Below, piece by piece: positions 59,566 through 59,816 of a stretch of 59,816 bases of DNA (positions are counted from its first letter, which is position 1; each line of letters opens with the position of its first letter). Origin of the DNA: Methanobacteriota archaeon (lineage in GTDB: Archaea; Thermoplasmatota; E2; DHVEG-1); NCBI GenBank assembly GCA_043806635.1, contig JAZDGT010000013.1, positions 1-59,816 of the forward strand, written 5' to 3'. The notes under the pieces were generated by a model. That model did no database searches and had not been told where the DNA came from. It was given only the letters and a program-made list of their open reading frames with translations. Both the position numbers and the translations under genes were made by a program.

Positions 59566-59816
59566 GTTCAATGGACCTTCCTCCTGATTCATAACAACCT
59601 ATACAATATCTATCAAAAAACTCTTATATAATTGTATGTCACAAAACTTCTCTCTTATTTTAACAAAAAATATCAAATAATAAAATGCCCAACAATGAGT
59701 AATGCAACATCACGTGTTTGATAGTAAGATGATGATATCAGTTACAAATTCCCCATAAATTGGACTCCCACTCAATTCAGAAAAACAACAAGAACACCAA
59801 AAAATTGAACAAAAAC

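Overview
An archaeal chromosome segment, most consistent with Thermoplasmatota of the MBG-D/DHVEG-1 (Thermoprofundales/Izemarchaea) type. This is an inference from the archaeal housekeeping genes plus secreted gingipain, PKD and beta-helix proteins. Housekeeping content: tmk, a SerB-like phosphatase, trpB2, fbaB, tdh, metVF, a SAMP/E1 pair, ipk-fni-GGPPS-gltX, EF-1beta, pyrF, a five-gene glycogen cluster, dph5 and an rpp21-S19e-PDCD5-L39e-L31e-eIF6 cluster. Accessory content: many secreted proteins, a glycosylation cluster with a radical SAM enzyme and one intact IS5/IS903-type element with TIRs and a 9-bp TSD. I recognised no tRNA, rRNA or CRISPR array. Most interesting unexplained features: (1) a HerA-type ATPase fused to an endonuclease III-type [4Fe-4S] domain, in an operon with a lipoprotein transglutaminase and a wHTH protein; (2) a three-copy ~45-75 bp element with 10-bp-phased TGTACA boxes, two copies of which bracket the AT-rich gingipain gene as inverted repeats; (3) two unannotated structured non-coding RNA candidates (8398-8499 minus, 43372-43625 plus) and a long structured leader on the glycogen operon; (4) strand-skew domains that flip independently of gene orientation; (5) several small ORFs missing from the ORF track.
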